A DNA stretch of 64,000 nucleotides, from IMG/VR virus record IMGVR_UViG_3300033120_000864, positions 1 through 64,000 of that record; one strand, written 5' to 3'. This document shows positions 28,125 through 38,057 of the stretch, piece by piece (positions within the stretch are counted from its first letter, which is position 1; each line of letters opens with the position of its first letter). This DNA comes from a virus. Lineage: Duplodnaviria; Caudoviricetes. A program made the position numbers and the translations under genes. Under the pieces are notes generated by a model, which ran no database searches, was not told the DNA's origin, and was given only the letters and a program-made list of their open reading frames with translations.

Positions 28125-28763
28125 TTGCTAAAAAAGATCAAAGACCAGATATTAGACAAGTATAATATTTCTGCTGATCAACTCCTAATTATAGAACTTC
28201 TATTCTTTAAAGAATATTCAGATTTAGAAATCTATATACAAAGAGTTAACATTAATTATGAGGTGATAATGCAGAATCTTTTTAGAAGAGACTTTATTAA
28301 GTATTATAATGATGATTGTCCTGGTTTCAAAGAGGTAAGGAACTTATACCTCACCCTTAAGGGGGAAAATGTAATTAAAGCTTTAAGAGATGTTAATCTT
28401 CAAGATGATGAATCTCCTGTTGTAATAACTGTAGAAACTTATTTCAATGAATTTTGGGATACTTTTCCAATTTCTGATAAATGGGGTAAATTCCCTGCCA
28501 CTAGAAGCTTAAGAAGTGATAAAAGTGGATGTAATAAGAAATATGTCAAACTGTTATTAGAAGAAGGATATAAACATGAAGATATTATTAAGGCTTTGAA
28601 ATATCAAGTGAGTTTATTTAAGAAAAATACTACTCTGGTGGACAACAAAATGAAGTTCTTCCAGAATAGTTCAACATGGTTAAACCAAAAGACATTTACC
28701 AGCTACTTAGAGCTCATGAATGACAATATTGAAGATGATGAACCAAAAGGACTCATACTTTGA
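28125..28763 (+). CDS. replication initiator/replisome organiser-like protein
   Basis: wHTH-like N-terminus, FNEFWDTFP, STWLNQ; directly upstream of helicase. Confidence 0.65.
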   Translation: MLKKIKDQILDKYNISADQLLIIELLFFKEYSDLEIYIQRVNINYEVIMQNLFRRDFIKYYNDDCPGFKEVRNLYLTLKGENVIKALRDVNLQDDESPVVITVETYFNEFWDTFPISDKWGKFPATRSLRSDKSGCNKKYVKLLLEEGYKHEDIIKALKYQVSLFKKNTTLVDNKMKFFQNSSTWLNQKTFTSYLELMNDNIEDDEPKGLIL

Positions 28764-29971
28764 TAAGTTATTTTCAAGAAGCAAAAGATCTGGTAATGAA
28801 GGGCAAAGATGGAAAAGCTCAATATATACCTTTAACCAAAAGTCCACTAAGTGATGAATTATCCAAGTTGGGTAAACAGCTTAGTATTGGTAAAGGTCAA
28901 TATATTTTGTTTGGAGGAATGCCTGGGTCTGGTAAAACAGCCATAGTTGATAGTCAGTTTGTGCTCAATGTTTATTTCTGGTACAAGAGAAATAAAGAAA
29001 TAGCCAATCTGAAGCCATATTTCATTTATAGAAGTATGGAAAGGCCTGTTAAGTATAAAATACTGAAGTGGATAGCTTATTTAATGTATGTAGAACATAG
29101 TATTCTTACAGATACTAGTATTCTAGCAGGTAAGCCTAATAGAAGAAGGGATATAACACAAAGAGAACTTGTCTTATTAGATGAATATGAAAAATTCTTC
29201 GATGAGTTTTTCAACTATATGGAGATCTTTAATGGAAGTGAAAACCCAACAGGAATTAGGAATGCTGCATATAAGATAGCTAAAGAGAAAGGTAAATTTA
29301 TATATAGCAGGGAAGATGGTATATACATCAACGACGTAAAAGTTAGTGATTATCATAACACATCTTCAAAAATCAAAAGAGAAAAGCTATACGCTGATAT
29401 AACAATAAATGATGAACCATATAGACATTATGAATTTACTAAAAAGTACATATCAAATGATCCAAAAGAAATTGTTTTTCATATTACAGATCACTGTGGT
29501 AAGATTACAGCTGAAAGAGGAATGAATGATAAACAGGTGTTAGATAAACATTCTGAGTACATGGGTGAATTTAGAGATGTTTTTGAATGGAATATTATTG
29601 ATATTCAGCAACTAAACAGAGGAGTCACTGATGTTTATAGGAAAGTCAATACAGAACTGGACATTGGCCCAGAAGATTTTAAAGGTACATCAGATACATA
29701 TGAAAATGCAGATGTGGCAATAGGCCTAATGAATCCATATAAATTAGATGTATTTGACTATGACAAGTATAAGATCAAGGACATGATGTCTCCAACAGGA
29801 GAAAACAGGTTTAGAGGCCTTAAGGTAATAAAAAGTTCTGATGGCATTGATGATTTCAGGATTGGCTACATGTTTGTAGGTGAGAATGGATATATGCAGG
29901 AATTACCAAGAAGTCAAGAACTGGCTGAAGGAGATTATCAAAGAATAAGAGAAGCAAAGTTTGTTATGTAA
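28760..29971 (+). CDS. DnaB-like replicative helicase
   Basis: GMPGSGKT, SMER, TDH, QQLNR, ENADV. Confidence 0.8.
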   Translation: MISYFQEAKDLVMKGKDGKAQYIPLTKSPLSDELSKLGKQLSIGKGQYILFGGMPGSGKTAIVDSQFVLNVYFWYKRNKEIANLKPYFIYRSMERPVKYKILKWIAYLMYVEHSILTDTSILAGKPNRRRDITQRELVLLDEYEKFFDEFFNYMEIFNGSENPTGIRNAAYKIAKEKGKFIYSREDGIYINDVKVSDYHNTSSKIKREKLYADITINDEPYRHYEFTKKYISNDPKEIVFHITDHCGKITAERGMNDKQVLDKHSEYMGEFRDVFEWNIIDIQQLNRGVTDVYRKVNTELDIGPEDFKGTSDTYENADVAIGLMNPYKLDVFDYDKYKIKDMMSPTGENRFRGLKVIKSSDGIDDFRIGYMFVGENGYMQELPRSQELAEGDYQRIREAKFVM

Positions 29972-30141
29972 ATATTGTATCGGTAACTGTACTAACAACC
30001 CATAAGTGAATGTGCATGAAAGGGTGACAATGTGAAATAGGTGAATCTTGACATTTATGTCTAGTACATTCTATGTAAACGAGGAAAGTACAATAACATA
30101 GCAGATGAGAATGATTGATTGTGATGTAAATGTGTTAAAAA

Positions 30142-30474
30142 ATGTTCTTTGACAATAAGGCGGCAGCCTATGAAAAAATAGATAATATTATTAAATCTGG
30201 TAATATTATGTGTATGCGTGAAGTCAACAACAGAGGAGTTGTTGGAAAGATTATGGGAGTTTCTTATACTGAGGAAGGACTTCGTGGACAGGCTAATAAA
30301 TCTGGTAGATATATCTACTCTGGAGCTACAAATATAAAGGATGCTTTAAAAGCACCTAAAGCTCCAAATGTAAAAGTAGAGAAGTTTATTCCTTCTACAA
30401 GACCTACTAAAGAAGAGATTCTTTGGATAGATAAATCTTACAGATTATTGAATGTATATGAAAACAACAGATAA
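30142..30474 (+). CDS. hypothetical protein
   Basis: ORF in replication array. Confidence 0.55.
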   Translation: MFFDNKAAAYEKIDNIIKSGNIMCMREVNNRGVVGKIMGVSYTEEGLRGQANKSGRYIYSGATNIKDALKAPKAPNVKVEKFIPSTRPTKEEILWIDKSYRLLNVYENNR

Positions 30475-31173
30475 GTGGCAAACTTAATCGCAATTGTAGG
30501 CAAACCTGGTGCTGGGAAATCAACTTCAGTGATGCCAAATTTAGAAGCAAATATTAAAGGACTTGATCCTAATTCAACTGTTATAATTAACGTAGCAGCT
30601 AAACCTCTTCCAATAAAGGGAGCAAATAAACTTTTTCCTGTAGGAAAAATATCAGAAGGAGGTAGACAGATAATGACTAGTGATCCTAATTTAATATGTG
30701 CAGTGCTAAAACAGATAGACGAGAAACATCCAGAAATTAAAAATGTAGTTGTAGATGACACTGGTTATTTACAAAGCTTTTTATTTATGGATAAAGTAAA
30801 GGACAAAGGATATGATAAATTTAACGAGATTGCAGAAGCAGCTTATAAACCATTAAGAGCAGCTAAAGACCTGAAAAGACAAGATCTCAATGTAGTTTTT
30901 ATTTATCATGAGGAAGATGCTAAGGATGGAGGAAAGAAGATTAGAACAGCAGGTCAAATGACAGATCAGTATATAACTCTGGAAGGATTATTTACTGTAG
31001 TGTTATTTGCAAAATCTGTATTTGATCATTTCTCTAAAAAAGCTAAGTATTATTTTATAACAAACAGTGATGGCAATAATACAGCTAAAAGTCCTATAGG
31101 AATGTTCTCTCAACAAGAAATACCTAATGATTTAGGCGTAGTGCTAGACACTGTAAATAACTACTATAACTAA
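30475..31173 (+). CDS. Sak4/AAA_24-like ATPase (recombination)
   Basis: GKPGAGKST, VVDD, TAKSP. Confidence 0.8.
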   Translation: MANLIAIVGKPGAGKSTSVMPNLEANIKGLDPNSTVIINVAAKPLPIKGANKLFPVGKISEGGRQIMTSDPNLICAVLKQIDEKHPEIKNVVVDDTGYLQSFLFMDKVKDKGYDKFNEIAEAAYKPLRAAKDLKRQDLNVVFIYHEEDAKDGGKKIRTAGQMTDQYITLEGLFTVVLFAKSVFDHFSKKAKYYFITNSDGNNTAKSPIGMFSQQEIPNDLGVVLDTVNNYYN

Positions 31174-31175
31174 TA

Positions 31176-32093
31176 ATGAGTGGTGAAGAAATAGTAACGT
31201 ACTTAGAAAATAAGTATGTTGGAAAAAGAATTGTAATTTGCTGTGATCTTCAAAAGTCAAGTAATAAAAACATAGGCAAGCAAGGTACTGTTCACTCTAT
31301 TTATAGAGAGGATGGTGCTAAGACTGTTGTCACTGTTTTATTTGATGATGGAAATAGTAGACAATTCTATTTAGGAGAGATTGAACTTGCTGAAAGGGAA
31401 AATGTCTCTTATAAAGAAGTGAAGATTGAGTTCTCAAAAAAGACTATAGAAGAAGTGGATGAATTTGGTAATAGTTATATTTTACAACTGTTGCCACCAG
31501 AAGAAAAATTCATTTATCTTTCTTCAGCTTTAAGAACTCTTCTAAACATCAAGGATGGTGATTATATTAACTTTGCATTTGACAAAGGAAGTAGAAGTTA
31601 TTACATCTGTAAAGAAACTGATTCTACAAATGGCTATTTGGTACAAGCTAACAAAATAGAAAGTGTAGTTGAATGGAGGAATCTATACAATACATTTAAT
31701 TTTGAGACTACTAAAATAGAAGACGCAAAACTTAAGTTTCATGTAAGTCATTATGAAAGAGAACAACAAGAATATCCTGAGTATTCTTTATTTCTAATTA
31801 ATGAACCATGGATCGAAGTTAAGAAAGAGAAAAAGGTTAAAGAAACACAAAAAAGAGAAGCTCCAACTATACAAGAGTATGGAAATACTTATTATAATGA
31901 TTATATGAAAAGTGTTGAAGCTTTAACTGGAAGTATTGGACAACGTGATCTGACCAGAGTAGTAGGTTTTGATGAAAACCCTGTACAAGAAGTTCCTCAA
32001 GGAGGAGGCTTCCATTTTGATCCCCCTGTTGAGTTCAAAAGAGGAATAGACGCTAATGGTAGAGAATACATAGCAAAAAAAGTCAGCAGATAA
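31176..32093 (+). CDS. hypothetical protein with N-terminal SH3-like domain
   Basis: GKQGTV...VLFDDG. Confidence 0.6.
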   Translation: MSGEEIVTYLENKYVGKRIVICCDLQKSSNKNIGKQGTVHSIYREDGAKTVVTVLFDDGNSRQFYLGEIELAERENVSYKEVKIEFSKKTIEEVDEFGNSYILQLLPPEEKFIYLSSALRTLLNIKDGDYINFAFDKGSRSYYICKETDSTNGYLVQANKIESVVEWRNLYNTFNFETTKIEDAKLKFHVSHYEREQQEYPEYSLFLINEPWIEVKKEKKVKETQKREAPTIQEYGNTYYNDYMKSVEALTGSIGQRDLTRVVGFDENPVQEVPQGGGFHFDPPVEFKRGIDANGREYIAKKVSR

Positions 32094-32120
32094 TTTGATA
32101 GTGTTTAAAAACAAAAAAAG

Positions 32121-32705
32121 ATGAATTTTAGTACAAGTAATGTAACAAGTGAAGTAAAGATTTCTCCTAAGTTTAACGTAGGTTGGAATCAGTGTAAGAT
32201 TGAAGGTATTGACATTAAAGAGGCCTCTACAGGCTCAAAACAACTAAAGTTTAGAGTGTATGGCCCCCCTATTACTGTACCAGGATTTAAGGCTTTTAAA
32301 AAGGCTGATGGAGTGACTCCATATCATGGTCAAATAGGTATAGTTCAAACAAGCTATATTAAGACTGACAATGAACAACAAGTTCAAGACTTATTTAGGA
32401 GGGTAATTAATCCACTTGCAATTGCTTTTGGTATTAAGCCACAAGTTGATGCAATTAGTGCTGACTCTTTAGAAGCATTTATTGCTGCAGTAACACCTTT
32501 GTTCACAGATGAATCTCTTCCATACATTTGGATGAATTTTAATGGACAAGAGTATGAAAAACCAGGTTCTTCTTATCCAGGATATACACTGAGTTTCAGG
32601 AATATCACAAATAACGAAGACTTTAAAGAAAAGACCACTGTTGGAACTATGAAAAAGCTTCCTGTAAAGGAGGATTCAACACCAAGTGGAGACTTAGTAT
32701 TCTAA
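32121..32705 (+). CDS. putative single-stranded DNA-binding protein
   Basis: Between Sak4-like ATPase and primase; C-terminal DLVF tail. Confidence 0.55.
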   Translation: MNFSTSNVTSEVKISPKFNVGWNQCKIEGIDIKEASTGSKQLKFRVYGPPITVPGFKAFKKADGVTPYHGQIGIVQTSYIKTDNEQQVQDLFRRVINPLAIAFGIKPQVDAISADSLEAFIAAVTPLFTDESLPYIWMNFNGQEYEKPGSSYPGYTLSFRNITNNEDFKEKTTVGTMKKLPVKEDSTPSGDLVF

Positions 32706-32712
32706 TTAGACA

Positions 32713-33714
32713 ATGAAATTTACTACAAAAAACACAGAATCTCTGCACAATGAAATATACAAGTTAGTCAAACCAAAAGACATATTCATGTACTATTTCC
32801 CCTTTGAAGAGAGGAAAATGTATAATTCTCCTTTCAGAAAAGATCCAGATCCAAGTTTCAATATAGTCAACAAAGACGGAAATTGGTTCTTTAATGATTT
32901 TGGATATAGGGGTGGAGATGCTGTGAAATTTGTAGAATTATTGTTTGGTTTAAACTACTATGGTGCTTGCAACAAGATCAAAAAGGATTTTGGTTTGAGT
33001 GATGTTAAAATAGATGAGCTCCAACAAATTGATTCCTCTATCGAGATAGAGAAAGAAAAAAAGGAATTTAACATTACATTCACTCCAAGACCTTTTACAG
33101 ATCTTGAACTTGACTACTGGAAACAGTTTGATATTTCTAAAGCAGATTTAGAGAAAGAAGAGATTTTTGCTGCTAAGAAGCTTTGGTATAATGATAAAGA
33201 AGTTTATCTATCAGACAAAATTTTAAGATTTATATATAGATACACAAATGATGGAGAAAATTTTAAAAAAAAGATATATACTCCAGAGAGTGAAGATTTT
33301 AAGTGGATTGGTTCAATTTCTCAAAAACATATTGAAGGAATAAATCAATTACCATTTAAAAATGAATCTGTTATTATTCAAAAATCTAGAAAAGATAGAG
33401 TTGTAATGAAAAAAATACATGAAGATGTTATTAATACTCAAAATGAGAATTTTAAGTGTATAACACCAGAACTTACAAGGTTTTTAGATAAACATTATAG
33501 GTATAAGTATATTTTTTGGGATTCTGATTCTGTAGGAGTAGAAGAATGTAAAAAACTTAATGAAAAAGGTTATTTATACTTAAATATTCCTAAAAAGATT
33601 TATGAAGAAACAGGATGTAAAGATGTATCTGATATTATAAAACATTTTGGTACTGAAGAAGGATATGCTATAATAGCATTAGAAATGATGAAAAAAGGTA
33701 TCTCACTAAATTAA
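32713..33714 (+). CDS. DNA primase (TOPRIM)
   Basis: SPFRKDPDPSF, DFG..GGD, WDSDSVG, KDVSD. Confidence 0.8.
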   Translation: MKFTTKNTESLHNEIYKLVKPKDIFMYYFPFEERKMYNSPFRKDPDPSFNIVNKDGNWFFNDFGYRGGDAVKFVELLFGLNYYGACNKIKKDFGLSDVKIDELQQIDSSIEIEKEKKEFNITFTPRPFTDLELDYWKQFDISKADLEKEEIFAAKKLWYNDKEVYLSDKILRFIYRYTNDGENFKKKIYTPESEDFKWIGSISQKHIEGINQLPFKNESVIIQKSRKDRVVMKKIHEDVINTQNENFKCITPELTRFLDKHYRYKYIFWDSDSVGVEECKKLNEKGYLYLNIPKKIYEETGCKDVSDIIKHFGTEEGYAIIALEMMKKGISLN

Positions 33715-33731
33715 TCTAATTTGATGATAGA

Positions 33732-33763
33732 TTTGGAGAATTCAATAATTTATTCTATCTTTA
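33732..33763 (+). promoter_or_regulatory. Bacteroidota sigma-A-type promoter
   Basis: TTTG-N20-TATCTTTA. Confidence 0.65.
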
Positions 33764-33782
33764 CTAGACTAAAAGTAAAAAT

Positions 33783-34379
33783 ATGGAAAAATCAGGAATT
33801 TATCAAATTATTAATCTTCAAACTAGAAAATCCTATATAGGAAGTAGTAAAAATTTACAAACTAGAAAATATCAACATTGGTATAGATTAAAAGCTAATA
33901 TTCATCCAAATCAACATTTACAAAATGCTTGGAATAAGTATACTAAAAATAGTTTTATCTTTATAATACTTGAACAATGTGATATTAATAGTCTATTAAA
34001 TAAAGAACAATACTATATAGATATTTTAAAACCTGAATTTAATATAAGAAAAGAATGTATAAATAATAAAGGGTTTAAACATTCTGAAATTACTAAAATA
34101 GAAATATCTAATACTTCTAAAAAAAGATGGAATGAAAATAGAGAAAAAATGACTGAATGTCTTTATAAACCAATTTTATGTTACAATAAAAAAGGAGAAT
34201 TTATAAAAGAATATAAATCAGTAAAAGAAGCATCTTTAGATATTAAAACTTTTAGTACTAATATAAGCCAAGTTTTAAAAGACAAAAATATATTTGTGAA
34301 AGGATTTCATTTTAAGTATAAAATCAATAATGAGATTATAAAACAAATAGTAATAAGAAGAAAAAGAAAAAGGAATTAA
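33783..34379 (+). CDS. GIY-YIG homing endonuclease with NUMOD domains
   Basis: GIYQI...YIGSS, LQNAWNKY, HSEITK. Confidence 0.92.
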   Translation: MEKSGIYQIINLQTRKSYIGSSKNLQTRKYQHWYRLKANIHPNQHLQNAWNKYTKNSFIFIILEQCDINSLLNKEQYYIDILKPEFNIRKECINNKGFKHSEITKIEISNTSKKRWNENREKMTECLYKPILCYNKKGEFIKEYKSVKEASLDIKTFSTNISQVLKDKNIFVKGFHFKYKINNEIIKQIVIRRKRKRN

Positions 34380-34401
34380 AAAACAAAGGAATACTCATAT
34401 A

Positions 34402-34695
34402 ATGAAAAGGAATTTCGGTTTAAATCAAGTGAAGAATACTTGTTCAATGAGAGAATTGACTAGTATGAATCCTGTTATACTTGATGATGATAAGTATACA
34501 GAGAAAGACTTCATGGATGAAGTAAATGCCTACAAGAAAAAGTATAGATTTGATCCTTTTAAGACTATTATTTACAACACTACTTTCTCTGCTGGTCAGA
34601 GAAGGGAACTTGTAAAGAAATTTAGTTTTAAAGAGATTAGCTCATATGTAGGTAATCATCACAGCACTGTTTACATCATGCAAAAAAATGTATAA
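34402..34695 (+). CDS. hypothetical protein (paralog of 34996; possibly GNAT-like)
   Basis: TCSMREL, IIYNTTF, FKEISSY. Confidence 0.6.
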   Translation: MKRNFGLNQVKNTCSMRELTSMNPVILDDDKYTEKDFMDEVNAYKKKYRFDPFKTIIYNTTFSAGQRRELVKKFSFKEISSYVGNHHSTVYIMQKNV

Positions 34696-34994
34696 TGAAG
34701 AAAGTACTAATAATAGCATTAATTATGCTATCAACAACGATTATACAAGCGAGAACTCTTTATATTCTCAAACTTAATCTAAGACAAATTAGTTATAGTT
34801 TATCTTTATCTAAACAATTTAGAGACTATAGTAATCAAATAGATTTTGAAATTCCAGTGGATAAAGATTATTATGATAAAATGTCTGTTGGCAATGATGT
34901 AACAGATAACTTTAGAATAGGTAGTTTAATATTCAAAGGAAGTTTTGGAAGTTGGAGAATAAAAGTGAAGGAAAAATACACAAAAGAAATATAA
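34695..34994 (+). CDS. secreted hypothetical protein
   Basis: Signal peptide; IPVDKDYY. Confidence 0.6.
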   Translation: MKKVLIIALIMLSTTIIQARTLYILKLNLRQISYSLSLSKQFRDYSNQIDFEIPVDKDYYDKMSVGNDVTDNFRIGSLIFKGSFGSWRIKVKEKYTKEI

Positions 34995-34995
34995 C

Positions 34996-35298
34996 ATGGA
35001 AGTAGATGAAGTGGCTCACACCTGTTCAATGGCAGAACTAGGAGGAGGCCTTTCTATTGATGATTTTACTTCTCTTGGAGAAAGAGATTTAGATGTCACT
35101 ATAAAAGAAGAAATTTTGTGTAGAAATATAAATATAGATCCTCGAAAGATAAGATGTATTTTATATAACACTAAATTTACCTTCTTACAAAGGCTTTATA
35201 TTCGTATCTTCCATGGTTTTAAGACTATAGGAAGTTATAAAAACAAAAATAATGAAAAGATTTTCATAACAATAAAAAAAGTAAAGTGGGAGGAATGA
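34996..35298 (+). CDS. hypothetical protein (paralog of 34402)
   Basis: TCSMAEL, ILYNTKF, GFKTIGSY. Confidence 0.6.
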   Translation: MEVDEVAHTCSMAELGGGLSIDDFTSLGERDLDVTIKEEILCRNINIDPRKIRCILYNTKFTFLQRLYIRIFHGFKTIGSYKNKNNEKIFITIKKVKWEE

Positions 35299-35675
35299 TC
35301 AAACACAACGTAGCAGTATATGGTACACTTCTATCTGGACTATGGAATCATGGTTTATTAGAAGGTTCTAAGTTAATAACTCCAGGACAAACTGCAGAGA
35401 AAATGAAAATGACTGTTAATGTCATTCCTTATGTCTCAAAAAAAGAAGAGATTTCCAGTATTAAAGTGGAAGTATATGAGGTGAATGACTCTATTTTAAG
35501 TGGTTTAGATCACTTAGAAGGACATCCTACTTTTTACAAAAGAGAAAAGGTTGATGTACTAGGAGAAGATGGCAATATTCATAAATGCTGGATTTATTTA
35601 TGTGATGCTTCTACTGATAATATAGTAGAAGATGGTGACTATAAAGGATACAGAACAAAAAAAGGACTAAAATAA
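35295..35675 (+). CDS. gamma-glutamylcyclotransferase (AIG2/BtrG-like)
   Basis: VYGTL, EVYEV, LDHLEG..FYKR. Confidence 0.88.
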   Translation: MIKHNVAVYGTLLSGLWNHGLLEGSKLITPGQTAEKMKMTVNVIPYVSKKEEISSIKVEVYEVNDSILSGLDHLEGHPTFYKREKVDVLGEDGNIHKCWIYLCDASTDNIVEDGDYKGYRTKKGLK

Positions 35676-36019
35676 TGACAGCACCAGTATTAGTAGAAGA
35701 AAAATTAGATGCAGCATTATTTAGGACTATTATTGATAAAGCTGCTGATAGGGGATTTATGTTTCCTAGAAAAAGCATATTCTTTCTAATAGTATATATT
35801 AGAAGTTGGCTTGAAAGTATAGATATTCATATATCTATAAGAAAAGTTACTATGGGTATTTACAGTGGCAGGTATCAATATGAAGTGAGAAAAGATGGAA
35901 GACCTGTTTATTTAACAAGTCAATATTATTTAACTTCAAAAGATGCTGAAAGAGCTGCTGTTCATGCTATATTGATAGATGAACACAAAAGTTTTTGGAA
36001 TGGTGAAAGAAAAGCTTAA
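35675..36019 (+). CDS. hypothetical protein
   Basis: Coupled ORF. Confidence 0.55.
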   Translation: MTAPVLVEEKLDAALFRTIIDKAADRGFMFPRKSIFFLIVYIRSWLESIDIHISIRKVTMGIYSGRYQYEVRKDGRPVYLTSQYYLTSKDAERAAVHAILIDEHKSFWNGERKA

Positions 36020-36695
36020 ACCTTATGTTGAGGAAAGATGGCTTAATTTTATAGCACCAATCTTAGAGTCTTCAAAAATATTACCAACTTTAACAGAAAG
36101 AAAGAGAGTTGCAACAATAGTACCCAAACAGGTAGATATGTTCAATTGCTTTAAGTACACTCCTTTTGATAAAGTTAAAGTGGTTATATTAGGTCAAACT
36201 CCATATCATAGTTTGGTAAATGGAGAACCTGAAGCTCATGGACTTGCTTTTAGTTATAGAAAAAAAGAATTAGATTTTCATGTTCCCCAAAGTTTGGCTG
36301 TCATCAGAAATGAGATAGAAACAGATGTGTATAATGGAGAAATGATAACATTTGATCCTAATCTAGAAAGATGGGCAAAACAAGGTGTTTTATTATTAAA
36401 TACAGCACTGACAACAGAGTTAGGAAGTAAAGATGCTCATATCGAGCTCTGGCAACCTTTCACTGAAGAAGTGATAAAGACATTAAATGAACTTAATTCT
36501 GGTTTGATATTTTGCCTATGGGGTAATCATGCTAAAGGATATGCTCATTTAATAAACAAAAACAATCATATTCTTTCTGCAGGACATCCTGCAAGTGAGT
36601 TATATGGAGGTAAAGGAAGTTTTTATGGATGTAAGCATTTTTCTGCTGTAAACAACATTTTAAAGGGATACAAACAAGAAGAAATAGAATGGTAA
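35979..36695 (+). CDS. ung: family 1 uracil-DNA glycosylase with GQTPY variant motif
   Basis: VKVVILGQTPYH, GLAFS, WAKQGVLLLN, LWG, HPAS. Confidence 0.88.
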   Translation: MNTKVFGMVKEKLKPYVEERWLNFIAPILESSKILPTLTERKRVATIVPKQVDMFNCFKYTPFDKVKVVILGQTPYHSLVNGEPEAHGLAFSYRKKELDFHVPQSLAVIRNEIETDVYNGEMITFDPNLERWAKQGVLLLNTALTTELGSKDAHIELWQPFTEEVIKTLNELNSGLIFCLWGNHAKGYAHLINKNNHILSAGHPASELYGGKGSFYGCKHFSAVNNILKGYKQEEIEW

Positions 36696-37408
36696 CAGTT
36701 GAGAATAAAAGTGAAGCATTTACTAAAATATATTTACCTCATATACAAAAGACTATTGATAAAGTAAAAGATTTAGAAATCTTTAAAGATGCTAAATGGA
36801 ATATTCATCATTATTCTAATGTAGGAGGACTATATTTTACTAACAATGAAGATTACTTTAGTTGCAAAGTAAAATTATTTAATGCAATTGAAGATGATTC
36901 AATCTTTTCCAGATTTAACTCAGAATTAGGAGCTTTTACAATATCATGTTTTCCACATTGTTGTGGTGCATGTATTATAACAGCTGATTATGGTTCTTTT
37001 GGTAGATATGGTAAAGATAGAAAATGTGTAGAAGGAGAACCATTCCTTCTATTAGCAATGCATATTGCTGCAAGATATTATAGAAATGCTTTCAATGCAG
37101 ATAGTGAAAGAAATGCTAGTAATCTTAAAGCATATGAAAAATGTGGTTTTACAGTGCTAAATAAATTTGAAGGTAGGCATCAAGCTTCCTTATTTTTAGC
37201 AGGTACACCATTGGTACAAGATGAGAATTATTATTTAAACAAATTGATAAGCCTTTATGGAAAAGAAGAGAGTGGTAGGACAGAAACTCCTACACAGGAT
37301 CAGAATCAGGAGCAGGCATCCCAGCCATCAGAGCCTGAGGAAGTTATTAGCGAGAGTGAAAGTACCAACAGTTTTCAGGTTGGGATCTACAACGCCTTGC
37401 GAAGCTAA
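36689..37408 (+). CDS. hypothetical protein, possibly GNAT-fold
   Basis: FPHCCG, N...AYEKCGF motif-B-like segment. Confidence 0.5.
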   Translation: MVTVENKSEAFTKIYLPHIQKTIDKVKDLEIFKDAKWNIHHYSNVGGLYFTNNEDYFSCKVKLFNAIEDDSIFSRFNSELGAFTISCFPHCCGACIITADYGSFGRYGKDRKCVEGEPFLLLAMHIAARYYRNAFNADSERNASNLKAYEKCGFTVLNKFEGRHQASLFLAGTPLVQDENYYLNKLISLYGKEESGRTETPTQDQNQEQASQPSEPEEVISESESTNSFQVGIYNALRS

Positions 37409-38057
37409 AGTAGAAATAAATTCTATTGAAGCTGTACAGAATAGTTCTTCAAAAATGAGAATGAAAAAATGTTTTGCAGAAGGAAAAGTTCGTACTGCTG
37501 AATACTTTACAGCTAAAGATGTTAAGGAATTAACAACTCAAGCTGCTAAGATAACAGGAGGATGGAAAAGCAAACTTGTTTGTAAAAGCTTTTTTGGTTC
37601 AAGAGGTAGAGGTAATTATCTTATAGATAATGAGGCTAAACTTATTGAGTGGACTAAGGGTAAGGACTTATCAGGATATGTATATGAAAGGTTTTATAAT
37701 TTTACAAAAGAATATAGACTTCATGTTACAGAAGATGGTTGTTTTTACACATGTAGAAAACTTCTTAAGGAGGGTACTCCTGAACAAAATAAATGGTATA
37801 GAAATGATTCCAACTGTGTTTGGATATTAGAAGAGAATCCCTCTTTCGATAAACCAAAGAATTGGAAAGATATAGAAACAGAATGTGTAAAAGCATTAAA
37901 AGCTGTAAAGCTTGATGTTGGTGCATGTGATGTAAAAGTTTCTAAAGATGGTGAGTTTATTGTGATTGAAATTAATTCTGCTCCTTCTTTAGGAGAAATA
38001 ACCTTACAAAAATATTTGGAGACTATACCTAAATTAGTTAACAAAAAAGTAGGGTAA
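37257..38057 (+). CDS. ATP-grasp ligase (RimK/YheCD-like)
   Basis: GSRGRG, EYRLHV, GACDV, EINSAPS. Confidence 0.85.
   Translation: MEKKRVVGQKLLHRIRIRSRHPSHQSLRKLLARVKVPTVFRLGSTTPCEAKVEINSIEAVQNSSSKMRMKKCFAEGKVRTAEYFTAKDVKELTTQAAKITGGWKSKLVCKSFFGSRGRGNYLIDNEAKLIEWTKGKDLSGYVYERFYNFTKEYRLHVTEDGCFYTCRKLLKEGTPEQNKWYRNDSNCVWILEENPSFDKPKNWKDIETECVKALKAVKLDVGACDVKVSKDGEFIVIEINSAPSLGEITLQKYLETIPKLVNKKVG

Noticed and set aside
30081-30092. GAGGAAAGT resembling the RNase P RNA signature
   Set aside because: Lacks the following CC and the rest of the structure, and the gap is too short.
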